This document shows positions 9,601-25,100 of a stretch of 64,000 bases of DNA, piece by piece. Position numbers and translations under genes: made by a program. This DNA comes from Auanema rhodensis. Taxonomy: Eukaryota; Animalia; Nematoda. Below the pieces are notes generated by a model. That model saw only the letters and a program-made list of their open reading frames with translations. It made no database searches and was not told where the DNA came from. The first letter of the stretch is position 1. Each line of letters begins with the position of its first letter. Location: positions 19,530,001 to 19,594,000 of the forward strand of contig OZ059897.1 in the NCBI GenBank assembly GCA_964057225.1, in the 5' to 3' direction.

Positions 9601-12600
9601 TTGATACAAAAATTAGTTATGATCGTTTGAAAAATGATGCATTAGTGTATGTTGAGTTTCCATGTACACTCAACATTGCTTCCAAAAACATTTTGACAAA
9701 AATTTTTTCGAAAAATTTCAAAATAATTTAGCAAAAAGTAGATGTTTTTAGATTCCTTTTTTCAAGGCAAAGACGATGGACAATGTTATTCAACGAAAAA
9801 ATTATTTCTTCAGGGTGAAAATCGAGGATATAAGTGTGAACTTATATCAGTTGATATCTCGGTGCATTTTTAAGCTAGCGCAAATCTGATAACACAGATC
9901 GACGCAGCTTAAAAATCCGCATCGAATGCACTATATTACATTGAAAAACGCTTAATACAAGAATTAGTTATGATCGTTTGAAAAATGATGCATTAGTGTA
10001 TGTTGAGTTTCCATGTACACTCAACATTGCTTCCAAAAACATTTTGACCAAAATTTTTTCGAAAAATTTCAAAATAATTTAGCAAAAAGTAGATGTTTTT
10101 AGATTCCTTTTTTCAAGGCAAAGACGATGGACAATGTTATTCAACGAGAAAATTAATTCTTCAGGGTGAAAATCGAGGATATAAGTGTGAACTTATATCA
10201 GTTGATATCTCGGTGCATTTTTAAGCTAGCGCAAATCTGATAACACAGATCGACGCAGCTTAAAAATCCGCATCGAATGCACTATACTACATTGAGAAAA
10301 GCTTAATACAAAAATTAGTTATGATCGTTAGAAAAATGATGCATTAGTGTATGTTGAGTTTCCATGTACACTCAACATTGCTTCCAAAAACATTTTGACA
10401 AAAATTTTTTCGAAAAATTTCAAAATAATTTACCAAAAAGTAGATGTTTTTAGATTCCATTTTTCAAGGCAAAGACGATAGACAATGTTATTCAACGAAA
10501 AAGTTAATTCTTCAGGGTGAAAATCGAGGATATAAGTGTGAACTTATATCAGTTGATATCTCGGTGCATTTTTAAGCTAGCGCAAATCTGATAACACAGA
10601 TCGACGCAGCTTAAAAATCCGCATCGAATGCACTATATTACATTGAGAAACACTTGATACAAAAATTAGTTATGATCGTTTGAAAAATGATGCATTAGTG
10701 TATGTTGAGTTTCCATGTACACTCAACATTGCTTCCAAAAACATTTTGACAAAAATTTTTTCGAAAAATTTCAAAATAAATTTAGCAAAAAGTAGATGTT
10801 TTAAAATTCCATTTTTCAAGGCAAAGACGATGGACAATGTTATTCAACGAAAAAATTAATTCTTCAGGGTGAAAATCGAGGATATAAGTGTGAACTTATA
10901 TCAGTTGATATCTCGGTGCTTTTTTAAGCTAGCGCAAATCTGATAACACAGATCGACGCAGCTTAAAAATCCGCATCGAATGCACTATACTACATTGAGA
11001 AAAACTTAATACAAAAATTAGTTATGATCGTTTGAAAAATGATGCATTAGTGTATGTTGAGTTTCCATGTACACTCAACATTGCTTCCAAAAACATTTTG
11101 ACAAAAATTTTTTCGAAAAATTTCAAAATAATTTAGCAAAAAGTAGATGTTTTTAGATTCCATTTTTCAAGGCAAAGACGATAGACAATGTTATTCAACG
11201 AAAAAGTTAATTCTTCAGGGTGAAAATCGAGGATATAAGTGTGAACTTATATCAGTTGATATCTCGGTGCATTTTTAAGCTAGCGCAAATCTGATAACAC
11301 AGATCGACGCAGCTTAAAAATCCGCATCGAATGCACTATATTACATTGAGAAACACTTGATACAAAAATTAGTTATGATCGTTTGAAAAATGATGCATTA
11401 GTGTATGTTGAGTTTCCATGTACACTCAACATTGCTTCCAAAAACATTTTGACAAAAATTTTTTCGAAAAATTTCAAAATAAATTTAGCAAAAAGTAGAT
11501 GTTTTAAGATTCCATTTTTCAAGGCAAAGACGATGGACAATGTTATTCAACGAAAAAATTAATTCTTCAGGGTGAAAATTGAGGATATAAGTGTGAACTT
11601 ATATCAGTTGATATCTCGGTGCATTTTTAAGCTAGCGCAAATCTGATAACACAGATCGACGCAGCTTAAAAATCCGCATCGAATGCACTATACTACATTG
11701 AGAAAAGCTTAATACAAAAATTAGTTATGATCGTTAGAAAAATGATGCATTAGTGTATGTTGAGTTTCCATGTACACTCAACATTGCTTCCAAAAACATT
11801 TTGACAAAAATTTTTTCGAAAAATTTCAAAATAATTTAGCAAAAAGTAGATGTTTTTAGATTCCTTTTTTCAAGGCAAAGACGATGGACAATGTTATTCA
11901 ACGAGAAAATTAATTCTTCAGGGTGAAAATTGAGGATATAAGTGTGAACTTATATCAGTTGATATCTCGGTGCATTTTTAAGCTAGCGCAAATCTGATAA
12001 CACAGATCGACGCAGCTTAAAAATCCGCATCGAATGCACTATACTACATTGAGAAAAGCTTAATACAAAAATTAGTTATGATCGTTAGAAAAATGATGCA
12101 TTAGTGTATGTTGAGTTTCCATGTACACTCAACATTGCTTCCAAAAACATTTTGACAAAAATTTTTTCGAAAAATTTCAAAATAATTTAGCAAAAAGTAG
12201 ATGTTTTTAGATTCCTTTTTTCAAGGCAAAGACGATGGACAATGTTATTCAACGAGAAAATTAATTCTTCAGGGTGAAAATCGAGGATATAAGTGTGAAC
12301 TTATATCAGTTGATATCTCGGTGCATTTTTAAGCTAGCGCAAATCTGATAACACAGATCGACGCAGCTTAAAAATCCGCATCGAATGCACTATACTACAT
12401 TGAGAAAAGCTTAATACAAAAATTAGTTATGATCGTTAGAAAAATGATGCATTAGTGTATGTTGAGTTTCCATGTACACTCAACATTGCTTCCAAAAACA
12501 TTTTGACAAAAATTTTTTCGAAAAATTTCAAAATAATTTACCAAAAAGTAGATGTTTTTAGATTCCATTTTTCAAGGCAAAGACGATAGACAATGTTATT

Positions 12601-15600
12601 CAACGAAAAAGTTAATTCTTCAGGGTGAAAATCGAGGATATAAGTGTGAACTTATATCAGTTGATATCTCGGTGCATTTTTAAGCTAGCGCAAATCTGAT
12701 AACACAGATCGACGCAGCTTAAAAATCCGCATCGAATGCACTATACTACATTGAGAAAAGCTTAATACAAAAATTAGTTATGATCGTTAGAAAAATGATG
12801 CATTAGTGTATGTTGAGTTTCCATGTACACTCAACATTGCTTCCAAAAACATTTTGACAAAAATTTTTTCGAAAAATTTCAGAATAATTTACCAAAACGT
12901 AGATGTTTTTAGATTCCATTTTTCAAGGCAAAGACGATAGACAATGTTATTCAACGAAAAAGTTAATTCTTCAGGGTGAAAATCGAGGATATAAGTGTGA
13001 ACTTATATCAGTTGATATCTCGGTGCATTTTTAAGCTAGCGCAAATCTGATAACACAGATCGACGCAGCTTAAAAATCCGCATCGAATGCACTATACTAC
13101 ATTGAGAAAAGCTTAATACAAAAATTAGTTATGATCGTTAGAAAAATGATGCATTAGTGTATGTTGAGTTTCCATGTACACTCAACATTGCTTCCAAAAA
13201 CATTTTGACAAAAATTTTTTCGAAAAATTTCAAAATAATTTACCAAAAAGTAGATGTTTTTAGATTCCATTTTTCAAGGCAAAGACGATAGACAATGTTA
13301 TTCAACGAAAAAGTTAATTCTTCAGGGTGAAAATCGAGGATATAAGTGTGAACTTATATCAGTTGATATCTCGGTGCATTTTTAAGCTAGCGCAAATCTG
13401 ATAACACAGATCGACGCAGCTTAAAAATCCGCATCGAATGCACTATATTACATTGAGAAACACTTGATACAAAAATTAGTTATGATCGTTTGAAAAATGA
13501 TGCATTAGTGTATGTTGAGTTTCCATGTACACTCAACATTGCTTCCAAAAACATTTTGACAAAAATTTTTTCGAAAAATTTCAAAATAATTTAGCAAAAA
13601 GTAGATGTTTTTAGATTCCTTTTTTCAAGGCAAAGACGATGGACAATGTTATTCAACGAAAAAATTATTTCTTCAGGGTGAAAATCGAGGATATAAGTGT
13701 GAACTTATATCAGTTGATATCTCGGTGCATTTTTAAGCTAGCGCAAATCTGATAACACAGATCGACGCAGCTTAAAAATCCGCATCGAATGCACTATATT
13801 ACATTGAAAAACGCTTAATACAAGAATTAGTTATGATCGTTTGAAAAATGATGCATTAGTGTATGTTGAGTTTCCATGTACACTCAACATTGCTTCCAAA
13901 AACATTTTGACAAAAATTTTTTCGAAAAATTTCAAAATAATTTAGCAAAAAGTAGATGTTTTTAGATTCCTTTTTTCAAGGCAAAGACGATGGACAATGT
14001 TATTCAACGAGAAAATTAATTCTTCAGGGTGAAAATCGAGGATATAAGTGTGAACTTATATCAGTTGATATCTCGGTGCATTTTTAAGCTAGCGCAAATC
14101 TGATAACACAGATCGACGCAGCTTAAAAATCCGCATCGAATGCACTATACTACATTGAGAAAAGCTTAATACAAAAATTAGTTATGATCGTTAGAAAAAT
14201 GATGCATTAGTGTATGTTGAGTTTCCATGTACACTCAACATTGCTTCCAAAAACATTTTGACAAAAATTTTTTCGAAAAATTTCAAAATAATTTACCAAA
14301 AAGTAGATGTTTTTAGATTCCATTTTTCAAGGCAAAGACGATAGACAATGTTATTCAACGAAAAAGTTAATTCTTCAGGGTGAAAATCGAGGATATAAGT
14401 GTGAACTTATATCAGTTGATATCTCGGTGCATTTTTAAGCTAGCGCAAATCTGATAACACAGATCGACGCAGCTTAAAAATCCGCATCGAATGCACTATA
14501 TTACATTGAGAAACACTTGATACAAAAATTAGTTATGATCGTTTGAAAAATGATGCATTAGTGTATGTTGAGTTTCCATGTACACTCAACATTGCTTCCA
14601 AAAACATTTTGACAAAAATTTTTTCGAAAAATTTCAAAATAATTTAGCAAAAAGTAGATGTTTTTAGATTCCTTTTTTCAAGGCAAAGACGATGGACAAT
14701 GTTATTCAACGAAAAAATTATTTCTTCAGGGTGAAAATCGAGGATATAAGTGTGAACTTATATCAGTTGATATCTCGGTGCATTTTTAAGCTAGCGCAAA
14801 TCTGATAACACAGATCGACGCAGCTTAAAAATCCGCATCGAATGCACTATATTACATTGAAAAACGCTTAATACAAGAATTAGTTATGATCGTTTGAAAA
14901 ATGATGCATTAGTGTATGTTGAGTTTCCATGTACACTCAACATTGCTTCCAAAAACATTTTGACAAAAATTTTTTCGAAAAATTTCAAAATAATTTACCA
15001 AAAAGTAGATGTTTTTAGATTCCATTTTTCAAGGCAAAGACGATAGACAATGTTATTCAACGAAAAAGTTAATTCTTCAGGGTGAAAATCGAGGATATAA
15101 GTGTGAACTTATATCAGTTGATATCTCGGTGCATTTTTAAGCTAGCGCAAATCTGATAACACAGATCGACGCAGCTTAAAAATCCGCATCGAATGCACTA
15201 TATTACATTGAGAAACACTTGATACAAAAATTAGTTATGATCGTTTGAAAAATGATGCATTAGTGTATGTTGAGTTTCCATGTACACTCAACATTGCTTC
15301 CAAAAACATTTTGACAAAAATTTTTTCGAAAAATTTCAAAATAATTTAGCAAAAAGTAGATGTTTTTAGATTCCTTTTTTCAAGGCAAAGACGATGGACA
15401 ATGTTATTCAACGAAAAAATTATTTCTTCAGGGTGAAAATCGAGGATATAAGTGTGAACTTATATCAGTTGATATCTCGGTGCATTTTTAAGCTAGCGCA
15501 AATCTGATAACACAGATCGACGCAGCTTAAAAATCCGCATCGAATGCACTATATTACATTGAAAAACGCTTAATACAAGAATTAGTTATGATCGTTTGAA

Positions 15601-17206
15601 AAATGATGCATTAGTGTATGTTGAGTTTCCATGTACACTCAACATTGCTTCCAAAAACATTTTGACCAAAATTTTTTCGAAAAATTTCAAAATAATTTAG
15701 CAAAAAGTAGATGTTTTTAGATTCCTTTTTTCAAGGCAAAGACGATGGACAATGTTATTCAACGAGAAAATTAATTCTTCAGGGTGAAAATCGAGGATAT
15801 AAGTGTGAACTTATATCAGTTGATATCTCGGTGCATTTTTAAGCTAGCGCAAATCTGATAACACAGATCGACGCAGCTTAAAAATCCGCATCGAATGCAC
15901 TATACTACATTGAGAAAAGCTTAATACAAAAATTAGTTATGATCGTTAGAAAAATGATGCATTAGTGTATGTTGAGTTTCCATGTACACTCAACATTGCT
16001 TCCAAAAACATTTTGACAAAAATTTTTTCGAAAAATTTCAAAATAATTTACCAAAAAGTAGATGTTTTTAGATTCCATTTTTCAAGGCAAAGACGATAGA
16101 CAATGTTATTCAACGAAAAAGTTAATTCTTCAGGGTGAAAATCGAGGATATAAGTGTGAACTTATATCAGTTGATATCTCGGTGCATTTTTAAGCTAGCG
16201 CAAATCTGATAACACAGATCGACGCAGCTTAAAAATCCGCATCGAATGCACTATATTACATTGAGAAACACTTGATACAAAAATTAGTTATGATCGTTTG
16301 AAAAATGATGCATTAGTGTATGTTGAGTTTCCATGTACACTCAACATTGCTTCCAAAAACATTTTGACAAAAATTTTTTCGAAAAATTTCAAAATAAATT
16401 TAGCAAAAAGTAGATGTTTTAAAATTCCATTTTTCAAGGCAAAGACGATGGACAATGTTATTCAACGAAAAAATTAATTCTTCAGGGTGAAAATCGAGGA
16501 TATAAGTGTGAACTTATATCAGTTGATATCTCGGTGCTTTTTTAAGCTAGCGCAAATCTGATAACACAGATCGACGCAGCTTAAAAATCCGCATCGAATG
16601 CACTATACTACATTGAGAAAAACTTAATACAAAAATTAGTTATGATCGTTTGAAAAATGATGCATTAGTGTATGTTGAGTTTCCATGTACACTCAACATT
16701 GCTTCCAAAAACATTTTGACAAAAATTTTTTCGAAAAATTTCAAAATAATTTAGCAAAAAGTAGATGTTTTTAGATTCCATTTTTCAAGGCAAAGACGAT
16801 AGACAATGTTATTCAACGAAAAAGTTAATTCTTCAGGGTGAAAATCGAGGATATAAGTGTGAACTTATATCAGTTGATATCTCGGTGCATTTTTAAGCTA
16901 GCGCAAATCTGATAACACAGATCGACGCAGCTTAAAAATCCGCATCGAATGCACTATATTACATTGAGAAACACTTGATACAAAAATTAGTTATGATCGT
17001 TTGAAAAATGATGCATTAGTGTATGTTGAGTTTCCATGTACACTCAACATTGCTTCCAAAAACATTTTGACAAAAATTTTTTCGAAAAATTTCAAAATAA
17101 ATTTAGCAAAAAGTAGATGTTTTAAGATTCCATTTTTCAAGGCAAAGACGATGGACAATGTTATTCAACGAAAAAATTAATTCTTCAGGGTGAAAATCGA
17201 GGATAT
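5971..17206. repeat. Higher-order repeat: tandem duplication of a 16-monomer block, period 5618 bp
   Basis: Rare variants recur at exactly +5618: 6313/11931 (ATTGAGG), 7264/12882 (TCAGAAT), 10049/15667 (TGACCAA), 10806/16424 (TTAAAATTCC). 5618 = 16x351+2. Confidence 0.93.
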
Positions 17207-18610
17207 AAGTGTGAACTTATATCAGTTGATATCTCGGTGCTTTTTTAAGCTAGCGCAAATCTGATAACACAGATCGACGCAGCTTAAAAATCCGCATCGA
17301 ATGCACTATACTACATTGAGAAAAACTTAATACAAAAATTAGTTATGATCGTTTGAAAAATGATGCATTAGTGTATGTTGAGTTTCCATGTACACTCAAC
17401 ATTGCTTCCAAAAACATTTTGACAAAAATTTTTTCGAAAAATTTCAAAATAATTTAGCAAAAAGTAGATGTTTTTAGATTCCATTTTTCAAGGCAAAGAC
17501 GATGGACAATGTTATTCAAGGAAAAAGTTAATTCTTCAGGGTGAAAATCGAGGATATAAGTGTGAACTTATATCAGTTGATATCTCGGTGCATTTTTAAG
17601 CTAGCGCAAATCTGAAAACACAGATCGACGCAGCTTAAAAATCCGCATCGAATGCACTATACTACATTGAGAAAAACTTAATACAAAAATTAGTTATGAT
17701 CGTTTGAAAAATGATGCATTAGTGTATGTTGAGTTTCCATGTACACTCAACATTGCTTCCAAAAACATTTTGACAAAAATTTTTTCGAAAAATTTCAAAA
17801 TAATTTAGCAAAAAGTAGATGTTTTAAGATTCCATTTTTCAAGGCAAAGACGATGGACAATGTTATTCAACGAAAAAATTAATTCTTCAGGGTGAAAATC
17901 GAGGATATAAGTGTGAACTTATATCAGTTGATATCTCGGTGCATTTTTAAGCTAGCGCAAATCTGAAAACACAGATCGACGCAGCTTAAAAATCCGCATC
18001 GAATGCACTATACTACATTGAGAAAAACTTAATACAAAAATTAGTTATGATCGTTTGAAAAATGATGCATTAGTGTATGTTGAGTTTCCATGTACACTCA
18101 ACATTGCTTCCAAAAACATTTTGACAAAAATTTTTTCGAAAAATTTCAAAATAATTTAGCAAAAAGTAGATGTTTTTAGATTCCATTTTTCAAGGCAAAG
18201 ACGATGGACAATGTTATTCAAGGAAAAAGTTAATTCTTCAGGGTGAAAATCGAGGATATAAGTGTGAACTTATATCAGTTGATATCTCGGTGCATTTTTA
18301 AGCTAGCGCAAATCTGATAACACAGATCGACGCAGCTTAAAAATCCGGATCGAATGCACTATACTACATTAAGAAACGTTTGATACAAAAATTAGTTATG
18401 ATCGTTTGAAAAATGATGCATTAGTGTATGTTGAGTTTCCATGTACACTCAACATTGCTTCCAAAAACATTTTGACAAAAATTTTTTCGAAAAATTTCAA
18501 AATAATTTAGCAAAAAGTAGATGTTTTAAGATTCCATTTTTCAAGGCAAAGACGATGGACAATGTTATTCAACGAAAAAATTAATTCTTCAGGGTGAAAA
18601 TCGAGGATAT

Positions 18611-21600
18611 AAGTGTGAACTTATATCAGTTGATATCTCGGTGCATTTTTAAGCTAGCGCAAATCTGAAAACACAGATCGACGCAGCTTAAAAATCCGCA
18701 TCGAATGCACTATACTACATTGAGAAAAACTTAATACAAAAATTAGTTATGATCGTTTGAAAAATGATGCATTAGTGTATGTTGAGTTTCCATGTACACT
18801 CAACATTGCTTCCAAAAACATTTTGACAAAAATTTTTTCGAAAAATTTCAAAATAATTTAGCAAAAAGTAGATGTTTTTAGATTCCATTTTTGAAGGCAA
18901 AGACGATGGACAATGTTATTCAACGAAAAAATTGATTCTTCAGGGTGAAAATCGAGGATATAAGTGTGAACTTATATCAGTTGATATCTCGGTGCATTTT
19001 TAAGCTAGCGCAAATCTGATAACACAGATCGACGCAGCTTAAAAATCCGCATCGAATGCACTATACTACATTGAGAAAAGCTTAATACAAAAATTAGTTA
19101 TGATCGTTTGAAAAATGATGCATTAGTGTATGTTGAGTTTCCATGTACACTCAACATTGCTTCCAAAAACATTTTGACAAAAATTTTTTCGAAAAATTTC
19201 AAAATAATTTAGCAAAAAGTAGATGTTTTTAGATTCCATTTTTCAAGGCAAAGACGATAGACAATGTTATTCAACGAAAAAGTTAATTCTTCAGGGTGAA
19301 AATCGAGGATATAAGTGTGAACTTATATCAGTTGATATCTCGGTGCATTTTTAAGCTAGCGCAAATCTGATAACACAGATCGACGCAGCTTAAAAATCCG
19401 CATCGAATGCACTATATTACATTGAGAAACACTTGATACAAAAATTAGTTATGATCGTTTGAAAAATGATGCATTAGTGTATGTTGAGTTTCCATGTACA
19501 CTCAACATTGCTTCCAAAAACATTTTGACAAAAATTTTTTCGAAAAATTTCAAAATAATTTAGCAAAAAGTAGATGTTTTAAGATTCCATTTTTCAAGGC
19601 AAAGACGATGGACAATGTTATTCAACGAAAAAATTAATTCTTCAGGGTGAAAATCGAGGATATAAGTGTGAACTTATATCAGTTGATATCTCGGTGCATT
19701 TTTAAGCTAGCGCAAATCTGAAAACACAGATCGACGCAGCTTAAAAATCCGCATCGAATGCACTATACTACATTGAGAAAAACTTAATACAAAAATTAGT
19801 TATGATCGTTTGAAAAATGATGCATTAGTGTATGTTGAGTTTCCATGTACACTCAACATTGCTTCCAAAAACATTTTGACAAAAATTTTTTCGAAAAATT
19901 TCAAAATAATTTAGCAAAAAGTAGATGTTTTTAGATTCCATTTTTCAAGGCAAAGACGATGGACAATGTTATTCAACGAAAAAATTGATTCTTCAGGGTG
20001 AAAATCGAGGATATAAGTGTGAACTTATATCAGTTGATATCTCGGTGCATTTTTAAGCTAGCGCAAATCTGATAACACAGATCGACGCAGCTTAAAAATC
20101 CGCATCGAATGCACTATACTACATTGAGAAAAGCTTAATACAAAAATTAGTTATGATCGTTTGAAAAATGATGCATTAGTGTATGTTGAGTTTCCATGTA
20201 CACTCAACATTGCTTCCAAAAACATTTTGACAAAAATTTTTTCGAAAAATTTCAAAATAATTTAGCAAAAAGTAGATGTTTTTAGATTCCATTTTTCAAG
20301 GCAAAGACGATAGACAATGTTATTCAACGAAAAAGTTAATTCTTCAGGGTGAAAATCGAGGATATAAGTGTGAACTTATATCAGTTGATATCTCGGTGCA
20401 TTTTTAAGCTAGCGCAAATCTGATAACACAGATCGACGCAGCTTAAAAATCCGCATCGAATGCACTATATTACATTGAGAAACACTTGATACAAAAATTA
20501 GTTATGATCGTTTGAAAAATGATGCATTAGTGTATGTTGAGTTTCCATGTACACTCAACATTGCTTCCAAAAACATTTTGACAAAAATTTTTTCGAAAAA
20601 TTTCAAAATAATTTAGCAAAAAGTAGATGTTTTAAGATTCCATTTTTCAAGGCAAAGACGATGGACAATGTTATTCAACGAAAAAATTAATTCTTCAGGG
20701 TGAAAATCGAGGATATAAGTGTGAACTTATATCAGTTGATATCTCGGTGCATTTTTAAGCTAGCGCAAATCTGAAAACACAGATCGACGCAGCTTAAAAA
20801 TCCGCATCGAATGCACTATACTACATTGAGAAAAACTTAATACAAAAATTAGTTATGATCGTTTGAAAAATGATGCATTAGTGTATGTTGAGTTTCCATG
20901 TACACTCAACATTGCTTCCAAAAACATTTTGACAAAAATTTTTTCGAAAAATTTCAAAATAATTTAGCAAAAAGTAGATGTTTTTAGATTCCATTTTTCA
21001 AGGCAAAGACGATGGACAATGTTATTCAACGAAAAAATTGATTCTTCAGGGTGAAAATCGAGGATATAAGTGTGAACTTATATCAGTTGATATCTCGGTG
21101 CATTTTTAAGCTAGCGCAAATCTGATAACACAGATCGACGCAGCTTAAAAATCCGCATCGAATGCACTATACTACATTGAGAAAAGCTTAATACAAAAAT
21201 TAGTTATGATCGTTTGAAAAATGATGCATTAGTGTATGTTGAGTTTCCATGTACACTCAACATTGCTTCCAAAAACATTTTGACAAAAATTTTTTCGAAA
21301 AATTTCAAAATAATTTAGCAAAAAGTAGATGTTTTTAGATTCCATTTTTCAAGGCAAAGACGATAGACAATGTTATTCAACGAAAAAGTTAATTCTTCAG
21401 GGTGAAAATCGAGGATATAAGTGTGAACTTATATCAGTTGATATCTCGGTGCATTTTTAAGCTAGCGCAAATCTGATAACACAGATCGACGCAGCTTAAA
21501 AATCCGCATCGAATGCACTATATTACATTGAGAAACACTTGATACAAAAATTAGTTATGATCGTTTGAAAAATGATGCATTAGTGTATGTTGAGTTTCCA

Positions 21601-22120
21601 TGTACACTCAACATTGCTTCCAAAAACATTTTGACAAAAATTTTTTCGAAAAATTTCAAAATAATTTAGCAAAAAGTAGATGTTTTAAGATTCCATTTTT
21701 CAAGGCAAAGACGATGGACAATGTTATTCAACGAAAAAATTAATTCTTCAGGGTGAAAATCGAGGATATAAGTGAGAACTTATATCAGTTGATATCTCGG
21801 TGCATTTTTAAGCTAGCGCAAATCTGAAAACACAGATCGACGCAGCTTAAAAATCCGCATCGAATGCACTATACTACATTGAGAAAAACTTAATACAAAA
21901 ATTAGTTATGATCGTTTGAAAAATGATGCATTAGTGTATGTTGAGTTTCCATGTACACTCAACATTGCTTCCAAAAACATTTTGACAAAAATTTTTTCGA
22001 AAAATTTCAAAATAATTTAGCAAAAAGTAGATGTTTTTAGATTCCATTTTTCAAGGCAAAGACGATGGACAATGTTATTCAACGAAAAAATTGATTCTTC
22101 AGGGTGAAAATCGAGGATAT
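18611..22120. repeat. Higher-order repeat: trimer (1053 bp), about 3.3 copies
   Basis: The cycle is a CTGAAAA/AATTGATT monomer, then an AAGCTT/GATAG/AAGTT monomer, then an ACACTTGA/TTTTAAGA monomer. Cycles start at 18611, 19664, 20717 and 21770 (partial). Confidence 0.9.
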
Positions 22121-25100
22121 AAGTGTGAACTTATATCAGTTGATATCTCGGTGCATTTTTGAGCTAGCGCAAATCTGATAACACAGATCGACGCAGCTTA
22201 AAAATCCGCATCGAATCCACTATACTACATTGAGAAAAGCTTAATACAAAAATTAGTTATGATCGTTTGAAAAATGATGCATTAGTGTATGTTGAGTTTC
22301 CATGTACACTCAACATTGCTTCCAAAAACATTTTGACAAAAATTTTTTCGAAAAATTTCAAAATAATTTAGCAAAAAGTAGATGTTTTTAGATTCCATTT
22401 TTCAAGGCAAAGACGATGGACAATGTTATTCAACGAAAAAATTGATTCTTCAGGGTGAAAATCGAGGATATAAGTGTGAACTTATATCAGTTGATATCTC
22501 GGTGCATTTTTAAGCTAGCGCAAATCTGATAACACAGATCGACGCAGCTTAAAAATCCGCATCGAATGCACTATACTACATTGAGAAAAGCTTAATACAA
22601 AAATTAGTTATGATCGTTTGAAAAATGATGCATTAGTGTATGTTGAGTTTCCATGTACACTCAACATTGCTTCCAAAAACATTTTGACAAAAATTTTTTC
22701 GAAAAATTTCAAAATAATTTAGCAAAAAGTAGATGTTTTTAGATTCCACTTTTCAAGGCAAAGACGATGGACAATGTTATTCAACGAAAAAATTAATTCT
22801 TCAGGGTGAAAATCGAGGATATAAGTGTGAACTTATATCAGTTGATATCTCGGTGCATTTTTAAGCTAGCGCAAATCTGATAACACAGATCGACGCAGCT
22901 TAAAAATCCGCATCGAATGCACTATACTACATTGAAAAACGCTTAATACAAAAATTAGTTATGATCGTTTGAAAAATGATGCATTAGTGTATGTTGAGTT
23001 TCCATGTACACTCAACATTGCTTCCAAAAACATTTTGACAAAAATTTTTTCGAAAAATTTCAAAATAATTTAGCGAAAAGTAGATGTTTTTAGATTCGAT
23101 TTTTCAAGGCAAAGACGATGGACAATGTTATTCAACGAAAAAATTAATTCTTCAGGGTGAAAATCGAGGATATAAGTGTGAACTTATATCAGTTGATATC
23201 TCGGTGCATTTTTAAGCTAGCGCAAATCTGATAACACAGATCGACGCAGCTTAAAAATCCGCATCGAATGCACTATACTACATTGAAAAACGCTTGATAC
23301 AAAAATTAGTTATGATCGTTTGAAAAATGATGCATTAGTGTATGTTGAGTTTCCATGTACACTCAACATTGCTTCCAAAAACATGTTGACAAAAATTTTT
23401 TCGAAAAATTTCAAAATAATTTAGCAAAAAGTAGATGTTTTTAGATTCCTTTTCTCAAGGCAAAGACGATGGACAATGTTATTCAACGAAAAAATTATTT
23501 CTTCAGGGTGAAAATCGAGGATATAAGTGTGAACTTATATCAGTTGATATCTCGGTGCATTTTTAAGCTAGCGCAAATCTGATAACACAGATCGACGCAG
23601 CTTAAAAATCCGGATCGAATGCACTATACTACATTAAGAAACGCTTGATACAAAAATTAGTTATGATCGTTTGAAAAATGATGCATTAGTGTATGTTGAG
23701 TTTCCATGTACACTCAACATTGCTTCCAAAAACATTTTGACAAAAATTTTTTCGAAAAATTTCAAAATAATTTAGCAAAAAGTAGATGTTTTTAGATTCC
23801 ATTTTTCAAGGCAAAGACGATAGACAATGTTATTCAACGGAAAAGTTAATTCTTCAGGGTGAAAATCGAGGATATAAGTGTGAACTTATATCAGTTGATA
23901 TCTCGGTGCATTTTTAAGCTAGCGCAAATCTGATAACACAGATCGACGCAGCTTAAAAATCCGCATCGAATGCACTATACTACATTGAGAAAAGCTTAAT
24001 ACAAAAATTAGTTATGATCGTTTGAAAAATGATGCATTAGTGTATGTTGAGTTTCCATGTACACTCAACATTGCTTCCAAAAACATGTTGACAAAAATTT
24101 TTTCGAAAAATTTCAAAATAATTTAGCAAAAAGTAGATGTTTTTAGATTCCTTTTCTCAAGGCAAAGACGATGGACAATGTTATTCAACGAAAAAATTAT
24201 TTCTTCAGGGTGAAAATCGAGGATATAAGTGTGAACTTATATCAGTTGATATCTCGGTGCATTTTTAAGCTAGCGCAAATCTGATAACACAGATCGACGC
24301 AGCTTAAAAATCCGGATCGAATGCACTATACTACATTAAGAAACGCTTGATACAAAAATTAGTTATGATCGTTTGAAAAATGATGCATTAGTGTATGTTG
24401 AGTTTCCATGTACACTCAACATTGCTTCCAAAAACATTTTGACAAAAATTTTTTCGAAAAATTTCAAAATAATTTAGCAAAAAGTAGATGTTTTTAGATT
24501 CCATTTTTCAAGGCAAAGACGATAGACAATGTTATTCAACGGAAAAGTTAATTCTTCAGGGTGAAAATCGAGGATATAAGTGTGAACTTATATCAGTTGA
24601 TATCTCGGTGCATTTTTAAGCTAGCGCAAATCTGATAACACAGATCGACGCAGCTTAAAAATCCGCATCGAATGCACTATACTACATTGAGAAAAGCTTA
24701 ATACAAAAATTAGTTATGATCGTTTGAAAAATGATGCATTAGTGTATGTTGAGTTTCCATGTACACTCAACATTGCTTCCAAAAACATTTTGACAAAAAT
24801 TTTTTCGAAAAATTTCAAAATAATTTAGCAAAAAGTAGATGTTTTTAGATTCCATTTTTCAAGGCAAAGACGATGGACAATGTTATTCAACGAAAAAATT
24901 AATTCTTCAGGGTGAAAATCGAGGATATAAGTGTGAACTTATATCAGTTGATATCTCGGTGCATTTTTAAGCTAGCGCAAATCTGATAACACAGATCGAC
25001 GCAGCTTAAAAATCCGCATCGAATGCACTATACTACATTGAAAAACGCTTAATACAAAAATTAGTTATGATCGTTTGAAAAATGATGCATTAGTGTATGT

